Shown piece by piece: positions 29,993 through 38,625 of a stretch of DNA of 64,000 nucleotides. Position numbers and translations under genes: made by a program. Origin of the DNA: a bacterium (GTDB lineage Bacteria; Zixibacteria; MSB-5A5; GN15; FEB-12); the NCBI GenBank assembly GCA_016708025.1, contig JADJGQ010000002.1, forward strand, positions 838,232 to 902,231, in the 5' to 3' direction. A model generated the notes under the pieces. The model was not told the DNA's origin. It was given only the letters and a program-made list of their open reading frames with translations, and did no database searches. Each line of letters begins with the position of its first letter. The stretch's first letter is position 1.

Positions 29993-31349
29993 TCAGGCGC
30001 GGGTGAACATCCCAACTGTCTCTATATGCATCGTATGCGGAAACATGTCGACCGGCGTGACTTTCGGGAGCCGGTACCCTGCATCCACCAGATCCCTGGC
30101 ATCGCGAGCAAACGTCGCCGGGTTACAGGAGATATATAGGATACGCGGGGGAGCCAACTCTACTATTTTTTTCACCGCTTTGGGGTGCATACCGGCCCGG
30201 GGCGGATCGAGAATGAAAGGCTGAGAACTGCCGCAATTCTTCCGGGACTCCCTTCAGGAAATCGACGACATTTGCCTCAAAAAACGAAATGTTGCTGATT
30301 TGATTCAACTCAGCGTTTTCGATCGCCGAGCGGATCGCCGATGGAACCAGTTCAACTCCAACCACCTGTTCAACGTGAGGCGCGGCGAGGATCCCGATAG
30401 TGCCAGTCCCACAATAAAGGTCGAGCAAGCGGTCATCGGAGCGCGGCTCCAGCAGCTCAAAACCGGTCTGATACAAAAGCTCTGCCTGGAGCGAGTTGGT
30501 CTGAAAGAACGAGTTAGCACGAATGCGGAAGGTCGATCCGAAGATCTGCTCCTCGATATACCCTGGCCCGTAGATCACCGTCTCTATCTCGCCGGTCGCG
30601 ATGTTCGATTTCGAACCATTCTGGTTATGCACCAGTGTCGTCAGATCCGGGAAGGCCTCGCGCAATGACGAGACAAGCCGTTCCTGATCCGGCAGGCTCC
30701 CATAATTAGTTACGAGATTGAGCATCGTCTGGTTGGTCCGCTTGGTCTGGCGGATCACTACAAACCGGACGTATCCGGTGTGCGCGCGAACATCGTACAC
30801 CGGGATCTGATGTTCTTTGATATAGGCGCGAATCCAATGAACCAGGCGATTCGAGCTGTCCGAGGTCAGGTGACATTCGTTCAGGTCGAAGATCCGGTCG
30901 AAATGGCCCCGCTCATGCAGGCCGAGAGTGAAATCTCCCTCCTGGTCGACATGAAACGAAAACTCCATCTTATTTCGGTAATTGAACACTTCGCGTGAAC
31001 CAATACACTCGGTGACTTCGACCGATTCCAGTTTTCCCAGTCGCTCAATACAGTCCACCACCTGCTTGCGCTTGAAGGTGAGTTGCTGGTGATACTCAAG
31101 ATCCTGCCAGGTACACCCACCGCAGGCAGGAAAGTGTTCGCAGCGGGCGGGGACGCGGATATCCGACCGCTTGAGGATCTCGCGCAGTTTGGCTTCGTTG
31201 TAACGCGGTTTTGAGCGGGTGATCTCGGCCAGGATCGTCTCACCGGGGAGTCCTCCATTCACGAAGGTCACTTTGCCGTCGAGGTGGGCGACGGACTTGC
31301 CGTCGAAAGCGAGATCGGAGATTTCCAGTTCAACCAGTTTATCGTTCAC
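29993..31349 (-). pseudogene. rlmD: 23S rRNA (uracil-C5)-methyltransferase RlmD/RumA interrupted by a 1-nt frameshift (or an assembly error)
   Basis: ORF 30123..31349 carries the TRAM domain, Fe-S cysteines (CEHFPACGGCTWQ) and SAM motif LDLYCGTGTIG, then runs out of frame. The -1-offset frame reads PFILDPPRAGMHPKAV...YISCNPATFARD...VDMFPHTMHIE to 29993. The shift must lie within 30217-30253. Confidence 0.75.
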
Positions 31350-32275
31350 GCATCTCCCGGATGATCATGGCGGAAATGACAGAGGAGCTCGGCTCGGGCA
31401 CATTCCTGGGTTTCGATCTGGATAGTCCCGTGCCCGATCCCGAATCGATCATGCAACAGTTGGTTTATTTTGCCGATGAGGGTCGGTCCTTTGGGATAGT
31501 CGGAATCATCCACGCAGACATGGCAGGAGAGGGCGATCTCCTGCGACGACAGCGACCAGATATGCAAGTCGTGAACATCGCGCACCATCGGCAGTTCTGA
31601 AATCGCTTTGTGTACTTCGTCGAAATCGATCGAACCGGGGACCGCTTCAAACAGGATCAGGACCGCCTCTTTGATGACCGAATACGAGGACCAGAGGATC
31701 GCGATACCGATCAGCGCAGAGAGGATCGGGTCGATCAGGATCCAGTCGAAGCTGATAATGATAATTGCCCCGATGATGACCGCTACCGACGAAACGGCAT
31801 CAAACGCCATATGGAGAAACGCGGTCTTCATATTCAGTGAGAGATGCCGGTCGCCGGCCAATAGCCAGACTGAGAGGATATTGCCAACTAAGCCGAAAAT
31901 CGCTATCGAGAGAAACAGCGTGGGATGCGTTAATGCCTGCGGATGGAGATACCGTTCGTACGCCTCTTTGAAGATAAAGACCGCGATCACCACCAGCGAT
32001 GTGGCGGAGATCAGCGCGGTGATTACCTCGAGCCGTTTGTACCCGTAGGTAGAGCGTTTGGTCGCAGGCAGGGCCGCCCCTTTGGCGCCCAGCCAGGCAA
32101 GGATAAGAGCGGCAACATCGGAAAGATTGTGTACAGCGTCGGCCAGGAGTGCCAGGTAACCGGACATCAGCCCGCCGATGAATTCCGCCAGGGTGATCCC
32201 CAAATTCAGCAGGATCGTCCAGCCAAGCTTTTTCCCCGATGGGATCGGATGGTTATGAGAGTGAGAGCCGCTCAT
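31346..32275 (-). CDS. Cation diffusion facilitator (CzcD/ZitB-type) efflux transporter
   Basis: 309-aa ORF with six TM segments, metal-site motifs HNLSDVAA and HMAFDAVSS, and a His-rich N-terminus (SHSHNH). Confidence 0.88.
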   Translation of the reverse strand: MSGSHSHNHPIPSGKKLGWTILLNLGITLAEFIGGLMSGYLALLADAVHNLSDVAALILAWLGAKGAALPATKRSTYGYKRLEVITALISATSLVVIAVFIFKEAYERYLHPQALTHPTLFLSIAIFGLVGNILSVWLLAGDRHLSLNMKTAFLHMAFDAVSSVAVIIGAIIIISFDWILIDPILSALIGIAILWSSYSVIKEAVLILFEAVPGSIDFDEVHKAISELPMVRDVHDLHIWSLSSQEIALSCHVCVDDSDYPKGPTLIGKINQLLHDRFGIGHGTIQIETQECARAELLCHFRHDHPGDA

Positions 32276-32324
32276 ACGAGCAGTATAATGTCCGGCAGGT
32301 ATCTCTCTAAGCGAAAAATGACGC

Positions 32325-33644
32325 TTAGTCGAGGCCTTCGGGAGCGGGGGGGATTCGTTCGACCTTGAGGCGGATCACGCGATGTTGTTGCTTGGCCAGC
32401 ACCGTCAAGCGGGCATCGGACATTTCCAGTGCTTCATTCTTGGATGGCACATGCCCCACCGTGTCGATAAAGAGCCCAGCGAGCGTCTCCGACTGGTCTT
32501 CAGGTAGATGGGTTCCGATCAACTCGTTCACATCTCCTGGCCAGACTTCGCCGTTGGCGTATACCACGGTCTCGGAGTGTTTGATAACCGGTTTAGCTTC
32601 GGAATCGTATTCATCCTGGATCTCGCCGACCAACTCCTCGAGGATATCTTCCAGCGTGATGATCCCTGCCGTGCCGCCGTACTCATCGAGGACGATCGCG
32701 AGATGGTTCTTTCCCGACTGGAACTCACGGAGGAGGCGCGTGACCTGCATCGAGTCCGGGACAAAAAACGGTTCGCGCATCAATTTGCGGAGCTCGATCT
32801 GGTGAAGGTCCTGCTTATCCCGGATCAGATCCTTGACATACACCACTCCGACTATTTTGTCGATGCTGTCTTCGTAGATCGGGTAACGGCTATAGCCGGA
32901 CTCGGCAAGGATCGAAAGCACCATTTCGGAAGGCGTGTCAACTTCGATTGCCACTACATCGGGGCGCGGACGCATCGCTCGCCTGACCGGCGTATCCGTG
33001 AAATCAAACACCGAGCGAACGAATTCCTCTTCCGATACCTCGAAGAATCCTTTTTTGCGCCCTTCGATGATCATGTGCTGGATCTCGTCTTCAGAGACGA
33101 TCCCCTGCATATCATCGGTCCGGATGCCGAGCAGTCTGATGATCCCCTTGGCCAGACCGGAGAGGGAGCGCGTGAAGACAAATGCGATCTTCATGAAAAT
33201 GGTGATCGGACCGGAGACCCAGCGGGCCCAACGTTCCGGGAAGGAGAGCGCAATGTACTTGGGGACCAATTCGCCGAGAACCACGGAGAGGACGGTGATG
33301 AACACCACCACCGAGCCAACGGCGATAGGGGAGGCAAATTCGGCAACGAAGCCGATGGTGCTTTTCCCGAAATAAAGTTCCAATGCCTCCACCACCGTGG
33401 CGCCGGAGAACACGCCGACCAGCGAGCCGATCAGGGTGATGCCGACCTGGATGGAAGCGAGGAAATTCTCCGGATTGTCATGGAGTTTGAGAGCGGAGCC
33501 GGCGCCCCATTTCCGTTGCTGGCTCTTTTCAGCGAGGCGGGTCTTGCGACTGGCAATTACCGAAAACTCGGCGAGTGCAAAAAAGCCGTTGGCCAGGATA
33601 AGGAGGAAGATCGCCCCCAGCTCAAAATAGAGATGGCCGTCCAT
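32325..33644 (-). CDS. CNNM/CorC-type hemolysin-family protein (DUF21 TM, CBS pair, CorC_HlyC)
   Basis: 439-aa ORF with an N-terminal four-TM DUF21 domain, a tandem CBS region and a C-terminal transporter-associated domain. Confidence 0.85.
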   Translation of the reverse strand: MDGHLYFELGAIFLLILANGFFALAEFSVIASRKTRLAEKSQQRKWGAGSALKLHDNPENFLASIQVGITLIGSLVGVFSGATVVEALELYFGKSTIGFVAEFASPIAVGSVVVFITVLSVVLGELVPKYIALSFPERWARWVSGPITIFMKIAFVFTRSLSGLAKGIIRLLGIRTDDMQGIVSEDEIQHMIIEGRKKGFFEVSEEEFVRSVFDFTDTPVRRAMRPRPDVVAIEVDTPSEMVLSILAESGYSRYPIYEDSIDKIVGVVYVKDLIRDKQDLHQIELRKLMREPFFVPDSMQVTRLLREFQSGKNHLAIVLDEYGGTAGIITLEDILEELVGEIQDEYDSEAKPVIKHSETVVYANGEVWPGDVNELIGTHLPEDQSETLAGLFIDTVGHVPSKNEALEMSDARLTVLAKQQHRVIRLKVERIPPAPEGLD

Positions 33645-33697
33645 ATCAGACAGCCATCCTTAAACCAGAAGAAATTGAATTTCCGTCAGACAATTGA

Positions 33698-34582
33698 CTA
33701 TCCGGCATATCCAGTGTGCACAGGGTGCTGCGCCATTTCTCGCAACCGCTTGATCCGCTCCTCAACCGGAGGATGGGTGGAAAAGAGACTGACCAACCCA
33801 CGCCCGGAGAGCGGGTTTATGATCATCAAGTTAGCGGTTGCCGGACGGTCGTCAAGTTTCAATTGGACCGGCGAACGGTGCAGTTTTTCCAGAGCGGTGG
33901 CCAGGCCGTGGTATTTGCCGGTGATCCGGCCCCCCTCGGCATCAGCCTTGTATTCGCGCTGACGGGAGATCGCGGTCTGGATCAACATCGCCGCGATCGG
34001 GGCGACAATAGCCGCCACCAGTACGCCGATCATTCCACCACCACCGCCACCTTCGTCATCACTGCTTCGGCCGCCCATACCGCCAAAGATCGCGCTCCAT
34101 TGGGCCATGTGAGCGATATACCCGATCGCGCCCGCAAAGGTGGCGGCGATCGTGCCGATCAGCATGTCCCTATTCTGGATATGGGCCATCTCGTGTCCAA
34201 TGACCCCTTCGAGCTCATCATCGTTAAGCATTGCCAGTATCCCCTCGGTTGCGGCGACTGCGGAGTGCTCCGGGTTCCGCCCGGTGGCAAACGCATTCGG
34301 TCCCTGAGACGGGACGATATAGACCTTGGGCATTGGCAACATTGCCTTCTGGGCCACCGATTTCGTGATTCGGTACAGGCGCGGGTGATCCATTTCGGTG
34401 ACCTCGCGCGCACGGTACATCTTCAGCACGACTTTATCAGAGAACCAGTACATGCCGAAATTGATCAACGTGGCGAAAACCAGCGCAAACAACATCCCCG
34501 TGCTGCCGCCGAACATGTACCCAAGCCACATGAACAGCAGCATCAAAAAGACCATCAGCATGAATGTCTTCAGCGTATTCAT
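33698..34582 (-). CDS. htpX: Membrane zinc metalloprotease HtpX
   Basis: 294-aa ORF with two N-terminal TM segments, HEMAH (M48), a Gly-rich insert and C-terminal TM segments. Confidence 0.9.
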   Translation of the reverse strand: MNTLKTFMLMVFLMLLFMWLGYMFGGSTGMLFALVFATLINFGMYWFSDKVVLKMYRAREVTEMDHPRLYRITKSVAQKAMLPMPKVYIVPSQGPNAFATGRNPEHSAVAATEGILAMLNDDELEGVIGHEMAHIQNRDMLIGTIAATFAGAIGYIAHMAQWSAIFGGMGGRSSDDEGGGGGGMIGVLVAAIVAPIAAMLIQTAISRQREYKADAEGGRITGKYHGLATALEKLHRSPVQLKLDDRPATANLMIINPLSGRGLVSLFSTHPPVEERIKRLREMAQHPVHTGYAG

Positions 34583-34706
34583 TTTCCTATCCTTGTGTCG
34601 CTTCCTTTGGCCGGGCGATCTGGCCCGGCAGTTACCCTATATAGTGGGGAACGGTTCGAAAAGTTTCCTAAATCGGACCGCTCTCCAGCGACACTTCTAA
34701 TCCCTG

Positions 34707-36434
34707 CTACCGCCTATTCTTACGGCGACTGGCGCGTCCAAACTCGATACCCTCGGTCGAATAATGATCGATTGCTTTCGGTTCGTTATCGCTGGTTTCC
34801 GGTGCTGGACTTGGCGGGGTCGGCTTTGCGTTATCCGACTCCTGTCGCTCCGGTCGATTGCCGTGCCGTGAGCGTCCATAGACGATTTCCGGCTCGTTTT
34901 CAGGAGTACTCGGGGTCTCACCCGAATATTCATTATCGCCCTGTGGCTCCGGTCGGGAGCTGCGAATCGGCTGGTCATCGGTATTGTCGATCTCGGGGAC
35001 CGGATCGAAGATCCGGGAGAGATCTGACGGAGCATCAAAGTCGTTACTCTCGCCCTCCGCGGAGACTGACTCCGGTGCCGGCTGTCTGTCGCCTGAATCA
35101 TTTCTATCGAAGCGACGCGGTCCACGGCCACGATCACGGCCGCCACGTCCCTGGCGATCTCGTCCGCCGCCACCACCGCGACGGTCGCGGTCACGACGGT
35201 CGCGCGGACCACGATCATTTCGGTCATCCCGGTCACGACGCTGCATATCGCCGCTCGGACGCTGTTCTTCGCTGACTACCGGCGGAGTCTCTTCACCGGC
35301 GATCTCGGGAAGCGGCACAGCCTGGGACGGAGCTTCGGGATCAAAAACATGTGTGGACTTGCTCACTGCAAACGGAGAGTCTTCACGCGGCGTCTCAGTC
35401 CGCGGTCCCTCGTTGCGGTCGCGACGGAAGTCGCGGCGTCCTCTGTCTCGATCACCGCGGTCATCGCGGTCACCACGTTCGCCACGACTGCGGTCGTCAC
35501 GATCCCCACGTGGGCGGTCGCCACGGTCTCCGCGATCACGATCACGATCACGATCGCGATTGCGATCGAAGCGCGGATCACGGCCACGTCCACCGCGATC
35601 CTGCCCCATCGGGCGCTGACCCGGACGGCCACCCGCCATCATCGGCCGGTCATTGCGTCCGCGGTCACGGTCATCCCGTTGACCACGATTTTCCGGTACT
35701 TTGTGCCACCATTTGATAGCCAGGGGCAGGACAACTGCACAGTAAAGTACCAAAGCGATCACGAGGATTACCGGGTAAAGCAGGGACGAAAAGATGTCGC
35801 TGAACGACCCACCAGCCCGGGCGACGAGAACACCCGTCACCACGATCAGGCCGAGTGGGGCCAGAACGAACAGTAATTCGGATATCCGGATCATGGCTCC
35901 GGTGACATCCTCCAGAAACATCTGGAGCGTGCGACCACGTGTGCCAACACCGGGGAGAACCAGCCCAAGGATCAGGGCAAAGAGGACCCACCCAAGGTAG
36001 CTGGCGTTGAGCACTGCACGGAGCAGGCCCTCGGGAAGGAGCTGTCCGAGATAGTCACCAGACAGGTTAGCCTGAACCTGGAAGAAATCGGACATGATCG
36101 CGGCTGTGAAGCCGTGGGGGGAGATGGCTTGAGCGGCCACCAGACGGACCAACACAACACCGGCGGCGATAATTACCACGGCCGAGGTGACGGTCATAAT
36201 AAAGGCACCGGCAGATTTGTTGTCGAACCGGCGGAGGTCTCCGTAACGGGCAAGGGCCAGGGGGAAACCAACCAGAACCAAAATGATGGCGACGATCGCC
36301 AGGGCGTTTAGATACAGCTTGCCGACAATCGCGGTCGCAAGCATGGCGTCGGGGATAACCGCGCCGAGCATTCCGCCGAGGAGGACGCCCACGAGGACTC
36401 CCAGCAGAATCAGGTTGATGATTTTACCTGTCAT
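34707..36434 (-). CDS. Membrane protein: GltP/DAACS-like N-terminal half fused to a ~330-aa RD/RGG-rich low-complexity tail
   Basis: 575-aa ORF. Residues 1-245 are polytopic and resemble the first ~6 TM segments of dicarboxylate/amino-acid:cation symporters. The remainder is (RD)n, RGG and acidic/Pro-rich sequence ending RRKNRR. It is the only frame with membrane-protein character. Confidence 0.7.
   Translation of the reverse strand: MTGKIINLILLGVLVGVLLGGMLGAVIPDAMLATAIVGKLYLNALAIVAIILVLVGFPLALARYGDLRRFDNKSAGAFIMTVTSAVVIIAAGVVLVRLVAAQAISPHGFTAAIMSDFFQVQANLSGDYLGQLLPEGLLRAVLNASYLGWVLFALILGLVLPGVGTRGRTLQMFLEDVTGAMIRISELLFVLAPLGLIVVTGVLVARAGGSFSDIFSSLLYPVILVIALVLYCAVVLPLAIKWWHKVPENRGQRDDRDRGRNDRPMMAGGRPGQRPMGQDRGGRGRDPRFDRNRDRDRDRDRGDRGDRPRGDRDDRSRGERGDRDDRGDRDRGRRDFRRDRNEGPRTETPREDSPFAVSKSTHVFDPEAPSQAVPLPEIAGEETPPVVSEEQRPSGDMQRRDRDDRNDRGPRDRRDRDRRGGGGGRDRQGRGGRDRGRGPRRFDRNDSGDRQPAPESVSAEGESNDFDAPSDLSRIFDPVPEIDNTDDQPIRSSRPEPQGDNEYSGETPSTPENEPEIVYGRSRHGNRPERQESDNAKPTPPSPAPETSDNEPKAIDHYSTEGIEFGRASRRKNRR
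35534..35569 (-). repeat. Hexanucleotide tandem repeat (GATCRC)n encoding (DR)n
   Basis: gatcac x3, gatcgc, gattgc, gatcg on the plus strand. The minus-strand product is FDRNRDRDRDRDRGD. Confidence 0.85.
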
Positions 36435-36716
36435 TTCATACTACTCTGTTCGGTCCGGCCCGTAGTGCCTGACTCCAACCGTCGTGAAGCCGAACCATGG
36501 TTATAATGTACTGGATTGCTGGCCGCATTTGGCGGCAAGTGACATTCCCGGTTGGAGTATCCGAGCTTCCTGAGACGGGCGGCGCTTGGGGCTGCCGAGG
36601 GAAGCGAGACTACGTTTTCCAGTCTGCCGTTTGGCGTTACAATCAGCATAACAATAGGTTGCAACAAAGGTTCGCGCAAGTCATTTCTGGCCCCGGCGAG
36701 CCTGAGGAAGACCGGC

Positions 36717-37742
36717 TTACCCCTTGAGTTCTCGACTAAGCCGTTCCAGTCTGGACCCTTCGCCAATCACCACCAGGACATCCCCTCCTCGCAACTCAGT
36801 GGCCGGGTCAGGGTTGACCAGCATCTCCCGGTTCTGCTTTTTGATCCCGACGATATTGGCGCCATACTTCTGCTTGATTTCAGAGTTGGCCAAAGTCCGG
36901 TTGGCCAACCAAGAACCCTCGGGTACGAGCAATTCCTCAACGACCAGCCCCTCGGTAGAGCCACCCACGGTCATCCGCATGAAATCAAGGACATTGGGTT
37001 GAAGCGACGCCATCGCCATGCGGGTCCCGCCCAGAATGTGGGGAACGACGACATGGTTTGCTCCCGCAATAGTCAGCTTTTTCTCTCCTTCCTCGTAATC
37101 TGCGCGAGCGATAATGGTCAGTTGGGGATTCATGTACCTGGCGGTCAGGGTCAGGTAGACATTCTGGGCTTCTTCCGGAAGAGTGGAAATGAGGGTTTTG
37201 GCGCGGCTGATCCCCACGTGATGGAGTACTTCCTCGTTGGTTGCATCTCCTTCATAGTACAGATACCCCAACTCTGTCAGCAACTCGTGAGATTCGGCGC
37301 GACGTTCCAGCACGACGAACGGAACATTCCGTCGCGAAAATTCCAGCGCGACCTGACGTCCGACTCGCCCGAAACCGGCGATGATGCTGTGGTTTTCCAA
37401 CTTCGCGATTGAAGATTCCATCTTGCGCCTCGCCACTAGTTCGGTGAATTGCCCTTCGAATATGACCTCTCCCACAACAGTGGCAAACAGGGTGACGGTT
37501 GCCACGCCGAACGTGATCACTACCATTACGAAGATCCGGCCGGCATCATGCAGCGGCTGAACCTCGCCATAGCCGACTGTTGAGAGAGTGATGACGACCA
37601 TATAGAGCGCGTCAAGAAAGCGCATATCCTCGATCACCATCATTCCGGATGTTCCGCCAACCAGAACGAGGGCAAGCCCCAGGAAGGCCAGCCGTAGCCG
37701 TCCGGCCTTGGACAATGTCAGGGATCCGATTTGAGCCGCCAT
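36717..37742 (-). CDS. MthK-like potassium channel (2-TM pore plus RCK/TrkA-N and TrkA-C)
   Basis: Selectivity filter TLSTVGYGE, Rossmann motif IIAGFGRVGRQVA and a C-terminal TrkA-C domain. The start is set at ATG 37742; the track start at 37850 would overlap the divergent vanZ-like gene. Confidence 0.85.
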   Translation of the reverse strand: MAAQIGSLTLSKAGRLRLAFLGLALVLVGGTSGMMVIEDMRFLDALYMVVITLSTVGYGEVQPLHDAGRIFVMVVITFGVATVTLFATVVGEVIFEGQFTELVARRKMESSIAKLENHSIIAGFGRVGRQVALEFSRRNVPFVVLERRAESHELLTELGYLYYEGDATNEEVLHHVGISRAKTLISTLPEEAQNVYLTLTARYMNPQLTIIARADYEEGEKKLTIAGANHVVVPHILGGTRMAMASLQPNVLDFMRMTVGGSTEGLVVEELLVPEGSWLANRTLANSEIKQKYGANIVGIKKQNREMLVNPDPATELRGGDVLVVIGEGSRLERLSRELKG

Positions 37743-37834
37743 GCTGCTATCAGCTAACGGATTGAGCACACCAAAAGCAATTAAAACTCCATTCTTGCTT
37801 GTGTCGGGCCGGGAATTTGCGTAATCAGACCGGA

Positions 37835-38233
37835 ATGGCACTAACCGCACCAGCCCAAAGTCTTGGCCGACGACTCCTCTGGTATCACCTCCCGGTGGTA
37901 CTTTATGCGGCAGCGATCGCCTCGCTTTCTGCGATTCCCAACCTGAGCGGCCCGAAACTGTCTGATTTTGGGGGAGATAAGCTGATTCATTGCCTTGAGT
38001 ATGGGATCTTCACCTGGCTGATCCTGCGATCCCTGGAGAGCATGCCTACCGGGGTTGGGAGAACCGGGCTAATTCTGTTCGCCATTGGGCTAGCAGCGGC
38101 ATATGCCGGTTTGGACGAATATTTGCAATCTTTTGTCCCGGGGCGGGACTCTTCGGTCGCAGACTTTGCGGCCGACACGGTCGGATCGGTGCTGGTAGCG
38201 CTGGTTTGGCGATCAAAAAAAGGGCAGGTTTAG
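37835..38233 (+). CDS. VanZ-family membrane protein
   Basis: Four TM segments with DKLIHCLEYG and LDEYLQSFVPGRDSSVADFAADTVG, the VanZ signature region. The start is taken as ATG 37835 (the track gives TTG 37799). Confidence 0.75.
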   Translation: MALTAPAQSLGRRLLWYHLPVVLYAAAIASLSAIPNLSGPKLSDFGGDKLIHCLEYGIFTWLILRSLESMPTGVGRTGLILFAIGLAAAYAGLDEYLQSFVPGRDSSVADFAADTVGSVLVALVWRSKKGQV

Positions 38234-38279
38234 GTGGAGAAACGGGTGTATCTTTTTTGGGCAACCTGCTTATAGTCTA

Positions 38280-38307
38280 TTGACATATGTATTCCAACGG
38301 GTATATT
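38280..38307 (+). promoter_or_regulatory. Sigma-70-like promoter upstream of the giant T9SS-island gene
   Basis: TTGACA (38280-38285), 16-nt spacer, TATATT (38302-38307). This would give a ~310-nt leader before ATG 38626. Confidence 0.45.
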
Positions 38308-38625
38308 TTGGGCGGTCGACTATATTTGAAAAGGGCGCCTTGTACTCCTCACGGCACCGCCTTTTCGTCTTCACATGGTCTAACAGCATTGACTCGTAGG
38401 AATATCTAACGGGTACTTTTGTGCTTTGGCAGCTACCCTCGGACGATAGTCTGTTTGTCCGATGCGTCCTGCCGGGCTAAGGTTGACTAATTACATACCC
38501 TAAGAGGGAGCCGAGCGACCTGCTCCGGCATTACGCCGGGACAGGATCATACTGGGGCGGAAAATTACTACATGTATCATACAGCTTCGACATTGATTCG
38601 AAACCTGTCATATAGGAGAAACACC

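Noticed and set aside
32508-35275. 484-aa and 519-aa plus-strand ORFs opposite the CNNM, htpX and RD-tail genes.
   Set aside because: Same shadow-ORF reasoning as above. The minus-strand genes carry DUF21/CBS, HEMAH and TM signatures, and the plus-strand products are low-complexity.
34984-35991. A cluster of overlapping ORFs in all frames (for example 34984..35619, 35349..35876 and 35351..35716).
   Set aside because: They result from stop-free (GATCRC)n and CG-rich repeat DNA. Only the 575-aa minus-strand frame connects to a coherent membrane domain and start site.
38427-38441. A sigma-54-like element TGGCAG-ctacc-CTCG upstream of the giant cargo gene.
   Set aside because: The -12 box lacks the essential TTGC/GC, so the -24-like half alone is not sufficient.
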